Shown here one piece after another: positions 1 through 11,185 of a stretch of 64,000 nt of DNA; position 1 is the stretch's first letter; every line of letters starts with the position of its first letter. Under the pieces are notes generated by a model. It did no database searches, was not told where the DNA came from, and saw only the letters and a program-made list of their open reading frames with translations. Both the position numbers and the translations under genes were made by a program. Source of the DNA: Moniliella sp. 'wahieum' (Eukaryota); contig RSEE01000013.1 in assembly GCA_003971905.1 (NCBI GenBank), forward strand, positions 806,001 to 870,000, in the 5' to 3' direction.

Positions 1-3000
1 TGCCGGTGCTGCCAAATTTGTGGGCGAGATCGACGACAGACTTATGTCGCAATACCCAATGAATGGGTGTACCCTCGCCGATGGCCCCAAGCTCGATCAT
101 GATGTTCTTGACATAGTTGGCGTCCCAGTCATCATATCCTGCCGTATAGCGGCGGCGGTACTGGTAACGCTCTTCGGCTGAAATGGATCGCACGACACCG
201 GCACACCGTACACCATCAGTAGGCATCCGATGTGGAGCGTGCCTGGATGGGATCTCCCGCCAAGTCGGAATCTGTATACAGCGCAAATGGCCGGTGCATC
301 TGATGTTGGGGTCAACCTCAGGCCCTTTCCTCGAGTATGGACAGGTAGCGAAGGAAGTCATCGACTGCTTGATGATGCTGCTGCTGCATGGGTCGGCAGC
401 GGCTCTGCTGAGGGGCCGTGATAGCGAAGAGTCAGGCCGGCCCATTCGTTGCAGCCCACAGTCCCGATCCGATCTTCCCCTGATATGCCTTGCGCAAGGC
501 TGGGAGGGATGGGGGTTCAGGGTCGGCACGGGGCGGTATCATCCGTACGGGATGTGGGAGAGTCCGGATCCACGGGGCTTTGATGTGGTGCTTTGCCACC
601 ACTTCCTCGATGAACTTTGGTTGGCTCAGGTACAGCTCCCCACCGATCCGATCGTATTGGCATCCCAGGTGGTAGTGAAGGGGACCGTTACCACGAACAT
701 CAATGTGTGTGTTTATCTCGGCCATAAACTCCTCGTACTTTTGGTGTGACTTGCATGCGAGGAGCAGATCGTCGGTGTGGACCGCCAGGAGGATCTGCTC
801 ACCCGGTGGTGCAGCGCGCACGAACAAGCAGGGCTCGGTCAAGCTTTGCGTGAAGCCGAGCTTGTCACGCAGCAGGTTCCGGATGTATCGTGCCCAGTTT
901 GCTCCGCTCTGATGTAGCCCGTATAGACTCTTCTTGAGACGCCACACGCGACCACCCGCTTCGGGGAAGTAGGGGGGTGGGCGGATGTAGACTGCTTCTT
1001 CGAGGGGGGCGTTCAGGTACGCTGCATTGACGTCCGCCGAGAAGAGGCCAAACTTATACTTCTCGGCCAGCACGACGAGGGTCAGGATGGCAGGTGTGCG
1101 CACCGATGGTGCGAACGTCTGGCCCCAAGTCTCGGCCGATTGTTGGTGTCCGCCCGCGACAAAGCGCGCGCGGTGGCGCAGGAACCGGCCCTCGGCGTCC
1201 GTCTTTGTGGTGATGCGCCATAGTCCTATGAGGATTTGTGCACCCGGTGGTGGGTACGTAGCCTCGTAGGTGCCGTATCGCGCGAGTGTGGCCACCTCGT
1301 CGGCCATAGCCTGCTTGACCATGGCAAAGGAGGGGTGAGTCTCGAGACCCTTGAGCGTCTTGGGAGCGAGGGGTACGCCATCCTTGGTGAGCTGAACCGT
1401 GTCCGGGTGGATGGGTGCGCTGAGAGCAGTCATGGCGGCGTATTCGGGAGGTTGAACTGTGTCGGCAAACGGGGGGGCGGATGTGTCAGGTAGGGGGCGG
1501 GCGATGCCGATCTCTGGTGCGGCGCAGTGGGGCGTGGCGGCTGCAGCACGAGCATGGTAGGTCGTGTCGGTGGGGTCGTCAGCGATTGGGAGTGTGTGCA
1601 GGTCGAGGGAGGTGCGGGTGGTGCGCTGGCGGAGGGGGTAGCGGCGCGGAGGGGGGGTGGTGGTGGGAGCGGGTGTCTGGGGTGTGGCGGCGGTTCGGGG
1701 CATGGGTGCTGCCGCGGCTGGCGGAGTAGGGTTAGCGTCTTTTTCACTGTCGATTTTAATTTGAGGTGATTTGGAGATGTCGGGTGGGAAGTGGTCGGGG
1801 TGGAGATGGGGGTAGATGGCGTTGCCCCATTTGTACGGTTTCGACCAGCGGTAGGTGAAGGTACCCAGGGATGGTTGGTATGTGGCGAAGAGCCATCCCT
1901 TTGATCCGCGCTGATGGTGGTATCCTACCAGCATACCTTCCTCTGCCCGCGCGCTGAGCTTGTGCTCGCGGCGTGACTCGGGCAGATGGAGGTATGCAAC
2001 GCGGCCAAAGGGTTGCATCGGTAACGAGTATGCGTGGCCTTTGTATCGCTCAAATCGCGATTTGTTGTCTTCCCCGGATGTTTTGAGTGGCATTTGGTTT
2101 TGGGTGAAGCACGCAGCGTGGAGGCTGTGTTCCCACCAGTCCGACGTCGGAAGACCTGTACCCAAGAGCAACTGCCTTGCACGAGTCGTTATGGTTCGGA
2201 TGGCACGCTCAGCCACACCGTTGCTAGCACTCTGCCCCGGGATTGTCCGTTCTGACGTGATGCCTTGCTCGTCCAGAAAAGGTTGCAGTGCGCTTGTCAA
2301 TTCGGGGGCGTTGTCCGTGCGCAAAGTCCGCAGCAGTCTGTCCGGGCCGTAGCGTTGCTCCCGCAATATGAGGTTCCGCAGTTCCTTCGTTGCAGCGCCC
2401 TTTGTCGGGATCGCTGTGGTGAAGACGTACCGCGTGAAGTCATCAACGGCGACGAGGGCGTATCCGTGCCCCATGCCGGTTACCCGGGGGAGGTCTACTA
2501 CGTCGACGTGGAGGACCTCGAAAGGTCTTTTGGATCGGAGGCGGTCCCGGCTCGGATGGGGCGATGCTGTCGCTAGTGCCACCGCGCATGTTGGGCAATC
2601 CCACTCTGAACGACAGAGGGAGATATGCTTGGCTGTGACGCGGAGGCCTGCGGTTTCCGATCGTGTAAGCCAGGGGAGGAGGTCGATGGCTGCGTGGTTC
2701 CAGCGTTTGTGGGCTTTAGAGACGTGGTCCAGGGCCAGGGATGCTGCGAGGGAGTTTGGGGTTGAGGGTGGGTCGGCCGGTTTGATCGGTTTGGTCGCCA
2801 TGGCCCGCAGGGGTGTGGGTGGCGTTCGCGGGTTGTGTAAGATCGTGAATTGATAGTCACTGCCGGTTACTTTTCGTAGGGTGGATCCTGGGTTACCAAG
2901 CCAGATACCCTTCTGGTGTGGGGCGAAGTATGATGCGATTCCGGTGTTCGACAGGTGTGCTACACTGACGAGATTTCGGCTGAAACGGGGCATGTATAGG

Positions 3001-3218
3001 CTGTTGGGGAGTTTTATCTCCATTTGGTGTCCTCCTAAGCATCGGATACGGATTGTGGCCGTGCCTCGTCCTTCCGCCTTTACATGTGTCCCGTTAGCAA
3101 CCTCTATCTCGTCGTCGCAAGGGGTCATGGATGTGAAGACGGATTTGTCTTTCCAAATGGATGGGAATGCCCCACTGTCATATAATGCCCGGATGATTCG
3201 CATTTCGCCCCCGAGTTC
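1..3218 (-). CDS. pol: copia Pol: aspartic protease, integrase, reverse transcriptase, RNase H (partial; indels below 432)
   Basis: Protease LYDSGA and VANG; integrase HKRWNH..CPTC, LHVDV, RTDNAPE, NGVAER; RT RHRARFVAGG, DVNAAYLNA, LKKSLYGLHQSG, VHTDDLL; RNase H YTDSDLAGD..RSTS in a shifted frame near 230-280. Confidence 0.95.
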
Positions 3219-4466
3219 CTAGTAGTCAGCTGTGCCCGCATCAACGTCAATCACTTCAGACTCGGGAGAGCTCGCTCTCTGAGCGACGTGAGCGTTGGCT
3301 CGGCCTGGGTTGCGCGGAGGGACAACAGGTTTATTAGACGTCGCGCTGCGCCAGGGTTGGTTGGTGCGGTCTTGCCCCTTGGTCTTTGTGTCCGCGAGGT
3401 TGTCGTCGCCGGCTTTGCCCCCGCTGGAGTTTTTTCCCCCGCTGGTGGGTCGTCCCCCGCTGTCGGGTCGAGTCCAAGGCGTTCCTCCGTTGACCGGCTT
3501 GCCTCCGTTTCTCTTCCTTTCTCCACCGGGATACGTGGCGGCTGGTATGTCCATCACGGCCTGCCGTAACTTGTCTAGACTCGAGCGCTCTTCACGCTGG
3601 CGAATGCTCATGTCGCGTAAGCCGAGTAGGATCCCAGTGCGTTCCTGCTCTTCCGTAAGTGGGATGCCCGCTCGCGTCAGGCTTGCACTGATCTCTTCCA
3701 TGTAGTCGAGGTAGTCTCGACCCGATCGGTTTCCTTGGTCGGCCGAAAAGTAGCGAATGAGTAGAGGCCCTCTGTTTGCGGTAGGCGTATATCCATACCG
3801 CTGACGCAGCATGTTCAGCGTGTCCTGGGTGCATGATATTTCGTGGTGGGTGCGGATCGTCCGGAAGAGGGTTGACGGCATGGCTTCCCTAAGAAGGTTG
3901 TGCAAGCGTCTGTCGAGGTCCTCGGTGAAGTAGCGGGAGCTGCGACCATTCTGGACGACGTCGCTTGCGTGGGGGTGGGCATCTGTTATCGCGAAGAGAA
4001 ATTCGTCTTCCCAAGCGCTGTAGGCGGACGGGTCTTTGTTCAGATCAGGCCACTTGATATTCTTGGTGGGAGACTCGCGTAGTGATCTGTAAAGGTCGTA
4101 CTCGGGTCGCGAGGCTGCGCCTGTAGGTGCCCCCAAAGTTGCGTTGGGTTGAGTTTCCATTTGGTGGATGTTTTGCACCACAAAATTCGTAGCCCGTCGA
4201 ACCCAGTTTGTCGTGATAGACGTAGGTTCGTCCTTCCATCCAAGCCACTCGGCTCTGTCGTGTATAGCTCTGTTGATCTTCTCTTTAACGACATCGATGT
4301 CGTTCGTCTTCTTGAACCACAGGTGCGCTTCGGCGCAAAGCATCATGAGTTCCTCGTTGTCGGTGCCAATCGGTGGCGGATCGCGACCGGTTGGTGTCCA
4401 GTAATCGCGCTTGTTCACCATTGTGGTGTCGCTGACCGAGAGATCGGTGTTAGCGTTGGCGCCCAT
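3219..4466 (-). CDS. gag: copia Gag (~415 aa, starts MGANANT; no CCHC knuckle seen)
   Basis: ORF between PBS and pol; capsid-like segment YSAWEDEF...MLRQRYG...DYLDYM...ILLGL; basic Gly/Lys-rich C-terminus. Confidence 0.88.
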   Translation of the reverse strand: MGANANTDLSVSDTTMVNKRDYWTPTGRDPPPIGTDNEELMMLCAEAHLWFKKTNDIDVVKEKINRAIHDRAEWLGWKDEPTSITTNWVRRATNFVVQNIHQMETQPNATLGAPTGAASRPEYDLYRSLRESPTKNIKWPDLNKDPSAYSAWEDEFLFAITDAHPHASDVVQNGRSSRYFTEDLDRRLHNLLREAMPSTLFRTIRTHHEISCTQDTLNMLRQRYGYTPTANRGPLLIRYFSADQGNRSGRDYLDYMEEISASLTRAGIPLTEEQERTGILLGLRDMSIRQREERSSLDKLRQAVMDIPAATYPGGERKRNGGKPVNGGTPWTRPDSGGRPTSGGKNSSGGKAGDDNLADTKTKGQDRTNQPWRSATSNKPVVPPRNPGRANAHVAQRASSPESEVIDVDAGTADY

Positions 4467-4526
4467 GGTTGTGGGTGTAGTTTTGGCCAGCTCAGGGATG
4501 AGCAGATAAGGATGTAACTCTGTCGG

Positions 4527-4540
4527 CCTCGCTACTACCA
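4527..4540 (-). promoter_or_regulatory. primer-binding site TGGTAGTAGCGAGG (initiator-tRNA-like)
   Basis: Starts 5 nt after the LTR-terminal CA; TGGTAG is complementary to the ...CUACCA 3' end typical of eukaryotic tRNA-iMet. Confidence 0.65.
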
Positions 4541-4545
4541 CAGAA

Positions 4546-4682
4546 TGTGAGCACTGAACGTCGTATTGGACTAAGAAGCTTCTGCGACTGACTCGTCCAG
4601 AAGACTGGTGCGAGCTCGGAAGGAATGAAAGCTGACTCACGTGACTCAGGGTCCGCGCGGTCCTAGGACGGATGTCACCACA
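4546..4682 (-). repeat. 5' LTR (~137 bp, TGTG...CACA)
   Basis: TGTGGTGAC...TGCTCACA termini followed by the PBS; partner LTR is outside the window, so the boundary is +/-2 bp and unconfirmed. Confidence 0.65.
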
Positions 4683-4689
4683 CACCCCC

Positions 4690-5522
4690 TCTGTCTGCCC
4701 TGTTCATCATGAGCGGCAGATGGGCTGGTCGCGGGTGCGTGGGCGACTATTCCCGTTTTGATGTTGAACGTGCCCTTGCACCACCTTGAAATGAGCAGAA
4801 ACACAACATCACCGCCTCTTCGTCACTAACCCTGACCCTGCGCTCCTGCACGTAAACCAACAGGATAGCACCGTTACTCATGGGCAGCATTCGCCAACTG
4901 GGCAGTCAGGGGGCGATCAGGTAGCCCAGCTGAGCCGTCATACAACAGTTTTTGACACCACCGTTTGTGTCCAGCAGGGCTATCCCGCCACAACCTGTCG
5001 TGAATGGCCAGCGTCTGGTCGGCAAACACAGGACTACAAAAGACGACACGTCCCGGTAACGATGCCCACGGCTTGGCGTAAAATTTGGATTCTGCCAATG
5101 GATCAGAGTGTCATCTTGCAACGTCACTGCTTTGGAGTGCAAACAAGGCTTGGCTCCGGTTCCAAAGTCATGCTTGAATGGTAATTAGACAGAGGTGCGT
5201 GCGTGTCATTTTGCCCCAAACCGGTTCTTGGCATTCTCCTTGGGCACCATCAACTGTACACGCGGCGTCTCGTTGCTCTCCCAATCGTCCTAGTCCATCG
5301 GCCGCTGCACATTGGGCTCATAGGCCTCACGCTGTCCGTGTGTTTTCTTTGGAGTAACTTGGGTGTCTCCCCTCCGGGGTTACAGGGTCGAAGGAACAAA
5401 TTGAGACTCCATAGGTACGGAACGCGACAGGGATGCAGAAACAATCAACGATAGGATAGTCCCACGCGGAGTCGCACGTTTCGATGGGAAAGAACTGCCT
5501 TCACAGCCCACCGGGAAGCCAT
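4690..5522 (-). pseudogene. degenerate or error-ridden region with chromodomain-like start and Dam/DIRS-type N6-adenine methyltransferase-like motifs
   Basis: MASRWAVKAVLSHR..SY; LFALQSS..FYAKPW..GRVVFCSPVF..RWCQKLLYDG / GYLIAP*LPSW across frames, with stops. Confidence 0.3.
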
Positions 5523-6481
5523 GATAGTTGCGTTTTGTTCATGGGGGACAAACTGGGAACACCCGGGCAGGAGAATGGGAGGACACCGGGTTGAGTAGCT
5601 CGGACTCGGGTGGTGGAGCTGCCGAGTGCCAGGGTGAGCGATCCGGTGTGGGAAAGGTGAGCGACGAAATTCAATCACCATCCGTTGATAGAAAGAGAGG
5701 GGGGGGAGAGTTGGTGGAGGCGGTATAGAGAAGGCCGTAGCCCATGACATTGGGACGATCGATGTAACTAACCGATCTCTTGGGCTGAGAGGCGGCGACT
5801 CTCCAATGTCGAATGGGCATCTACGCTTCGTGGGTGTGCATGAGCGCACGAGTTACGCAGCAGTCCTACGCTCCACTTGGTTCATCCCTTTTTTCGTGCG
5901 CAAGCTGCTCCACTGCCCTAGCTCGGTGTCTTCCGGTATGGTCCCTGTGTCCAAGAGGACACCACCAACCAACCAAGCTGAGTTGATGAGGAGGGAGCTG
6001 TGGTAAAACGGCCTGGTTCCTGCAGGTACCGAGGGGGGGGGGGGCATAGGCGGTATGCCGCCTCTGTCAGTCAGGTATTGTCATTTCTGCTTGGAACATT
6101 TTCTGCCTTGCTTGAGACACGGATAAGGAGCACTTTCGAGCGCAGCGTCAACGTAACGACGAGGAGATATACATGTGCATGAGCGGAAAAAACAAACACG
6201 ATAGCGTACGCCGCCACAGCACTTCGGGTTGAAGCCATTGACGAGATGGCGTGGAAATAACGGGATGATTGGTGCTATTTACCCTACTGTGGCTATCCGG
6301 GCTTACACCGTGTGGAGGGAATCAAGGTGAATATATAACATAACAAGTCAAGACAGTAACATGATCGTGTGTGTGAAAGTACAAACAGAGATGCAGCAAG
6401 TAGGAAGCACCGAACGGAAAGTGTTGAGGAGCGAGGCATGCGGACATGGGGAATAGGGCAGAATGGGCAGAAGATTGGAGC

Positions 6482-7424
6482 TCAGAGGAAATAGGTGTTC
6501 AACTGAATCTGGGTCAAGACAGCCACCAAAAACTGCATCACCCAGGCTCCCATCTGAGAGAAGTGGGCACCAACGCGTTGGGACAGCGGTGGATCGCCGG
6601 TACGCACCCTGGTTACTGTGATCACCGCCGTCCTGCCGTCCTGGGCAATGTTGTGATTGATGCCATGCACCCCTGGTTCCAACAACCCCGTCACATACTC
6701 CACCTTGGCAGACCATTCCCAGTTCCGGTAGGAGCCGCCGGCAAGCGAAGCATTGGCCAACAAGTCACGGCCATGGTTGTACCCGTCCTTAATAATCTTG
6801 TGTTGGTACGCCAAGTTCTTCTCTGCAGATACAGCGAGGAACCAAGCGCCCGTTTGACTTAGGGGGCCGTACTGTTTCCATGCTGCAGGCATCGTATCAG
6901 TCAGTAACACTTCCTCTGCGCGAACAATGACGGCGGTGGGACGTACCTCGGAAATGATTGCCACCCGAGACGGATTCGCGACAGGAGCCAATGGTGCGCC
7001 CAGCGTCCCAGGCATTGACTTCACGGTACTCAAACCGCTCCTCCACCATGCCGTTTCCATCACCCAGGTCGGCGCGCATGGGCGTACCCAGGTGCATGTC
7101 GAGGCACTCGAAGCTAAAGCCAATCGAGCGGACGTAATCCCGAAAGCCGGCATCGGACAACACATATGGGTCCGAGTGGCCCGATACAATCGCATTGATA
7201 GGTTCGCGCATACCGTTCTCGACGAGCAGTAGCATGCTGCCGCCTACCAGGGAGGGATCGGTGTACCCGCGCCCGGCATGCAGTCCGTTGAGGTAGGACA
7301 GCTCCGGTTCCTCGGGCACAGGGCCGTGGGGGTCGAGAGCGGCGGGCAGGGCGAGGGCACTGGGGAAAAGAAGGGCGGACCAGGCGGTTAGCCGGAGGAG
7401 GCGGGAGAGGCGGAGGGAAATCAT
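6482..7424 (-). CDS. secreted protein of unknown function, one intron 6883-6946
   Basis: Signal peptide MISLRLSRLLRLTAWSALLFPSALA; GTACGT..CTGAC..CAG intron joins GGNHFR to AWKQ in frame. Confidence 0.8.
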
Positions 7425-8027
7425 GGTGGATGCGGGTATGCTGTGCCGTGCCCCCCGGGGGAGATGGTGGTAGGTGGGGAGATAGCCGGGTGCGGCGGCG
7501 TGCTGAGTACCACTGCGGACACAGGCTGGTTGCGGGGTTGCCGGGTTGGCCGACACAGTCGCCCCGTGCGGCTGCGGCTGAGCGCAGACGGGGAAAAGGG
7601 AGCAGCTGCTGGCAGCAGCCCAGTGTAGCCCAGACGGCCGGAACCAGGCATGGGGCCAGCCTCTGTGAGCGGCCAAGCACAGCGCTGCCGACACAGGTGG
7701 CATGCGGCCCAAGGACTGTCCCGCAGCGAGCTGCGAACAGCCAAAGTCCCGCATGGGGGCTGTCTAGCCGGCGTTTGGAGCCCACCCAGGCACTGTCGCC
7801 TCATCGCCGCGTCTCCTGTCGGGAGCGTGCCGAGACGCGGAGGACGGCGGGCTGCGGGGCACTAGGCGGCACTAACCTGCTCTAGCCTGAGCTCGCCTGC
7901 TTGACTACACCAGGCACTCGACACCAATCCCCACCCCCAGCGGCGGCTGCTGCTGCGGATCCACCCTCTGCCGCACCCTTCTTAGCACACAGGGACGGCA
8001 CAGAGGCAGACCAGAGAATACGGCATC

Positions 8028-10317
8028 TCATCCATCGCTCCCTCGGCCCTCTCGCCATGCCACCTCAAAGTCATCCTCGTCATCTTCCAGGTCCAGGTCG
8101 TCCATAGCCTCGGCGGCGCGGTGCAGCTCATCCAGCCCCGTCAGCCGCTCGAGGTACTCCCCATCCGCACACACGTTCCACACAGTGTGTGGCCATCGTT
8201 GCGGTAAGCGTCGACCACGTGCTGGCTGCACGCCGTGCAGTGCGGATAAGCTTCCCCCGCCACCAGCATGTTGTTGAACTGGGCTAGGAACCCGCGCACC
8301 TGGTGCGGCACAAGTCCAAGGCAGCTGCCGGACTGCGTGCCGCCCCGTTGGGTGGGCGAGGCAGCGGCGCGCACGCCATCCGGATGCTGCAGCACTGACA
8401 CCACCAGTTCCACCGCACTTGCCCCGGCCACCCCGGCCAGACCGGGACGAGAAACGGTGCACATCTCGTCCAGCGTGCGGTCCGACAGCGAGTCAGGGGC
8501 GCCACCACGTCGTTACAAAAGTAGCACCCCAGTCGTTTCGGTGGCGGCGCAGAGGGTTCTGCATCCACCAGCGGGTGGGCGGTGCCTCTTCCGGCCCAGC
8601 CCCGTGACGCATCACGACAAACGTGTCGAACCCCAAAGCGGCATTGATAACAATCTTGTTCTTAGCTGCTCCCAACAGGGTGGGCAACCAGCGAGACTCG
8701 CGTGTGTCCATCAGGAGGAGGAAGAGCACGTCGTGCTCGTCAACCAACTTCTCGATCAGCGTTAGTTCCTCTGTCACGCGCTTCTTCGATCCTCGGGCAC
8801 CGGATGCGAAGGCATGGGGATCGAAACGTTGTACCCAGTTGCCGTGACGCCAGGGTAAATCTTGCGCAGCTTCGGGCCGCTGTCGGTGCCTTCCACTTGC
8901 CCCCATCGAGACAGTCTTCAAACTCGTACAGTGGCTGCCGCACGGGATTGGAGTAGGATACCCGTCCGTTATCAATCAAGGTGATGTGCTTCGCTCCCCA
9001 GCCAAGCAGCGTGCGTGCCACATAGCACCCCAATGTGCCGGCACCAAACAGGAGGAACTTGGCTTCCTCCATTTTGGTCAGGTCGATCGACGGCATCAGA
9101 CGCCAACGCATGAGTTTCAGATTCAATCCCACCGCTTGGTCTGCCAGACTGGTGGGGTTCATCAGCGGACCTAAGTCGGTCACCTTAGCCCCCAACTTGC
9201 CCGCCGCATTCCGTTCCCACCCAAACGCCTGGGGCGCCGTCGGAACGAGCGAGCTGCGTGGGATCGGTAACGGGAGGCTCCCCTCTTTTGGCAACCAGGG
9301 CGTGGGTGCCTCGCCAGAAGGAAGGAAGGCGGTCCCGATGAGACTACGGACGTCCCCCTCTGTGGTTTCAGAAGCGAGCAGGGAGTTGTCATCGAGCCAG
9401 CGAAGAACGCGGATCTGGGTCACTCCAAAGCGCACTCGCAGCAGCAACAACAGGTTGCGCAAAGGCCAACCAGGATCCGATGACGAGGGGTCATGAACCC
9501 GACGATACGCTACGCAACCAGTCAGAGTACAATCCATGCGATAAGGCGAAGAACGCAGTAGGAGAAAGGGGGGGGGGGGTGATATGCGTACCTCATCGGC
9601 AGGAATGGTGGCAAAAACTCATTGTATTCGGATACTCGAGCCAACTGGGCCGTCCCTTCCTCCTTGCGGAGGAGAAAAAGCACCCCAGCCCGGTCACTGG
9701 CTGCACCGAGGAGAAGAAGGAAGAACGGTACCCACGCCTTGAAGAAAGTCAACGCCCAGAGTGCTGGCGCTTTCCATGGGGAAGCAGTCCATTTGGGTTC
9801 AGTTGCGATCGCCGGTACAGCAAAGAGGTAGAAAAACTTGTACTTCTTGAGATCAGCGAACGCCCAGAACGAAAAACCGAGTCAAAAAGTGCTCAGGTTC
9901 GTCGCTTTCCAGCAGTCCCAATGCCATCTACATAAGGTCAGCATTACCGCAAGAGCCAATACAGGTAAGGGGGATGTCGACGTACCTCAGTGGCAAGAGC
10001 GTGGAAACGAGCGACCTTATCAGCATGGCTAAAGGCCTCAATGGTATTAAAGTTCTTGAGAGTACCCCTGACCGGAATACGCAGAGGTTCAAACGACGCG
10101 TTGGGGTCAAACGCATCGCCCTCGACAGATAGTGAAGAAGCGATGGTGACTCCAGCATCTTTGCTCTGCCGTCCACTGGTATATGACGCCGACAAGGGCA
10201 CCTCAGCATCCGATAGTTGCAGCTCGTTCACTTTCAGGGAAGCAAACTCGTGCCAAACTCAGGGGACACCTTGGAAGTAAAGGGTGCGAAGTGAATGAGC
10301 TTGGCGGAAGCGCTCAT
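8028..10317 (-). CDS. ATG7: autophagy E1-like enzyme Atg7 (intron ~9510-9590; several indels)
   Basis: [78 protein letters not shown], catalytic [19 protein letters not shown]. Confidence 0.97.
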
Positions 10318-11185
10318 CGTGAATGAAGATATTGCGCCGAGAGACTGAGGATTGAGGTCTGGCGGGGCGGCCGGGGCTGAGGTGGTGGTTGTAGAGGTGA
10401 TTGGATCGAATTGAACTAGTGGATGGATATAAAGGGGGCTGCCGCGGCGCCACGGGTATTATGTCAGCACGCATCCCGCCAGTGCCAGTTTACCCCGCAT
10501 GCATCACCCAGCTCGCCTTGTGGGCTGGCTTCTGCGAGAGTACGATAGTATTACGCCGTCGGTAATAGTTGGGAGGATGGGACGCAGAAGGGCATGGCCC
10601 CACAAGGCGGGATGAGCACCACTCAATTTTCCCTTTCCAGTGTGCCATTAGAACTGTGGGTCATCAGCATCATCGACATCATCACTCATCCATCTTCATC
10701 GCATTCCGCAGCTGCGCATATATTGTGTGTGTGCATGTGTGATGGTCCTTTGTTCGTATGCTATAAGTATATACCTTTTTTTCTTTCCCCTTTCTTGTTT
10801 TTGGTGCGTCTCTGTCAGTAGGGAACGTTAAACCCTTAAGAAGCTGCACCCTATCTGCATCTTTCCTGAACTGCAGCTAAAATAGAATGATGCGGAGAGC
10901 GAGGAGAACGAGAAAAGGCAGAAATGGTCACTGCCGTCCGACAGCTCTGCAATTTCTATGCATAAGCTCCACTTCTTTCTCGGACACCCCACCCACACAT
11001 TGCTCAACATCCGCGATCGTGTGGCAATCACATGTCACAGGAGAGATATACTATCCGCATCATGCTTTTCCGTAATACCCCTTCACCACAGGCAGGTGTT
11101 TCCACACCATCATCACCTTCGTTGGCCTCACCGCCACCACACACATTGTTCCCTGTCACGCCACTCCTTCAAACGGTTCCATTCA

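Larger units (their letters stand above)
1..4682 (-). mobile_element. Ty1/copia LTR retrotransposon (5' LTR, PBS, gag, pol); 3' end lies beyond the left edge of the window
   Basis: Domain order PR-IN-RT-RH is the copia order; TG..CA-bounded LTR and TGGTAG PBS upstream of gag. Confidence 0.96.
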
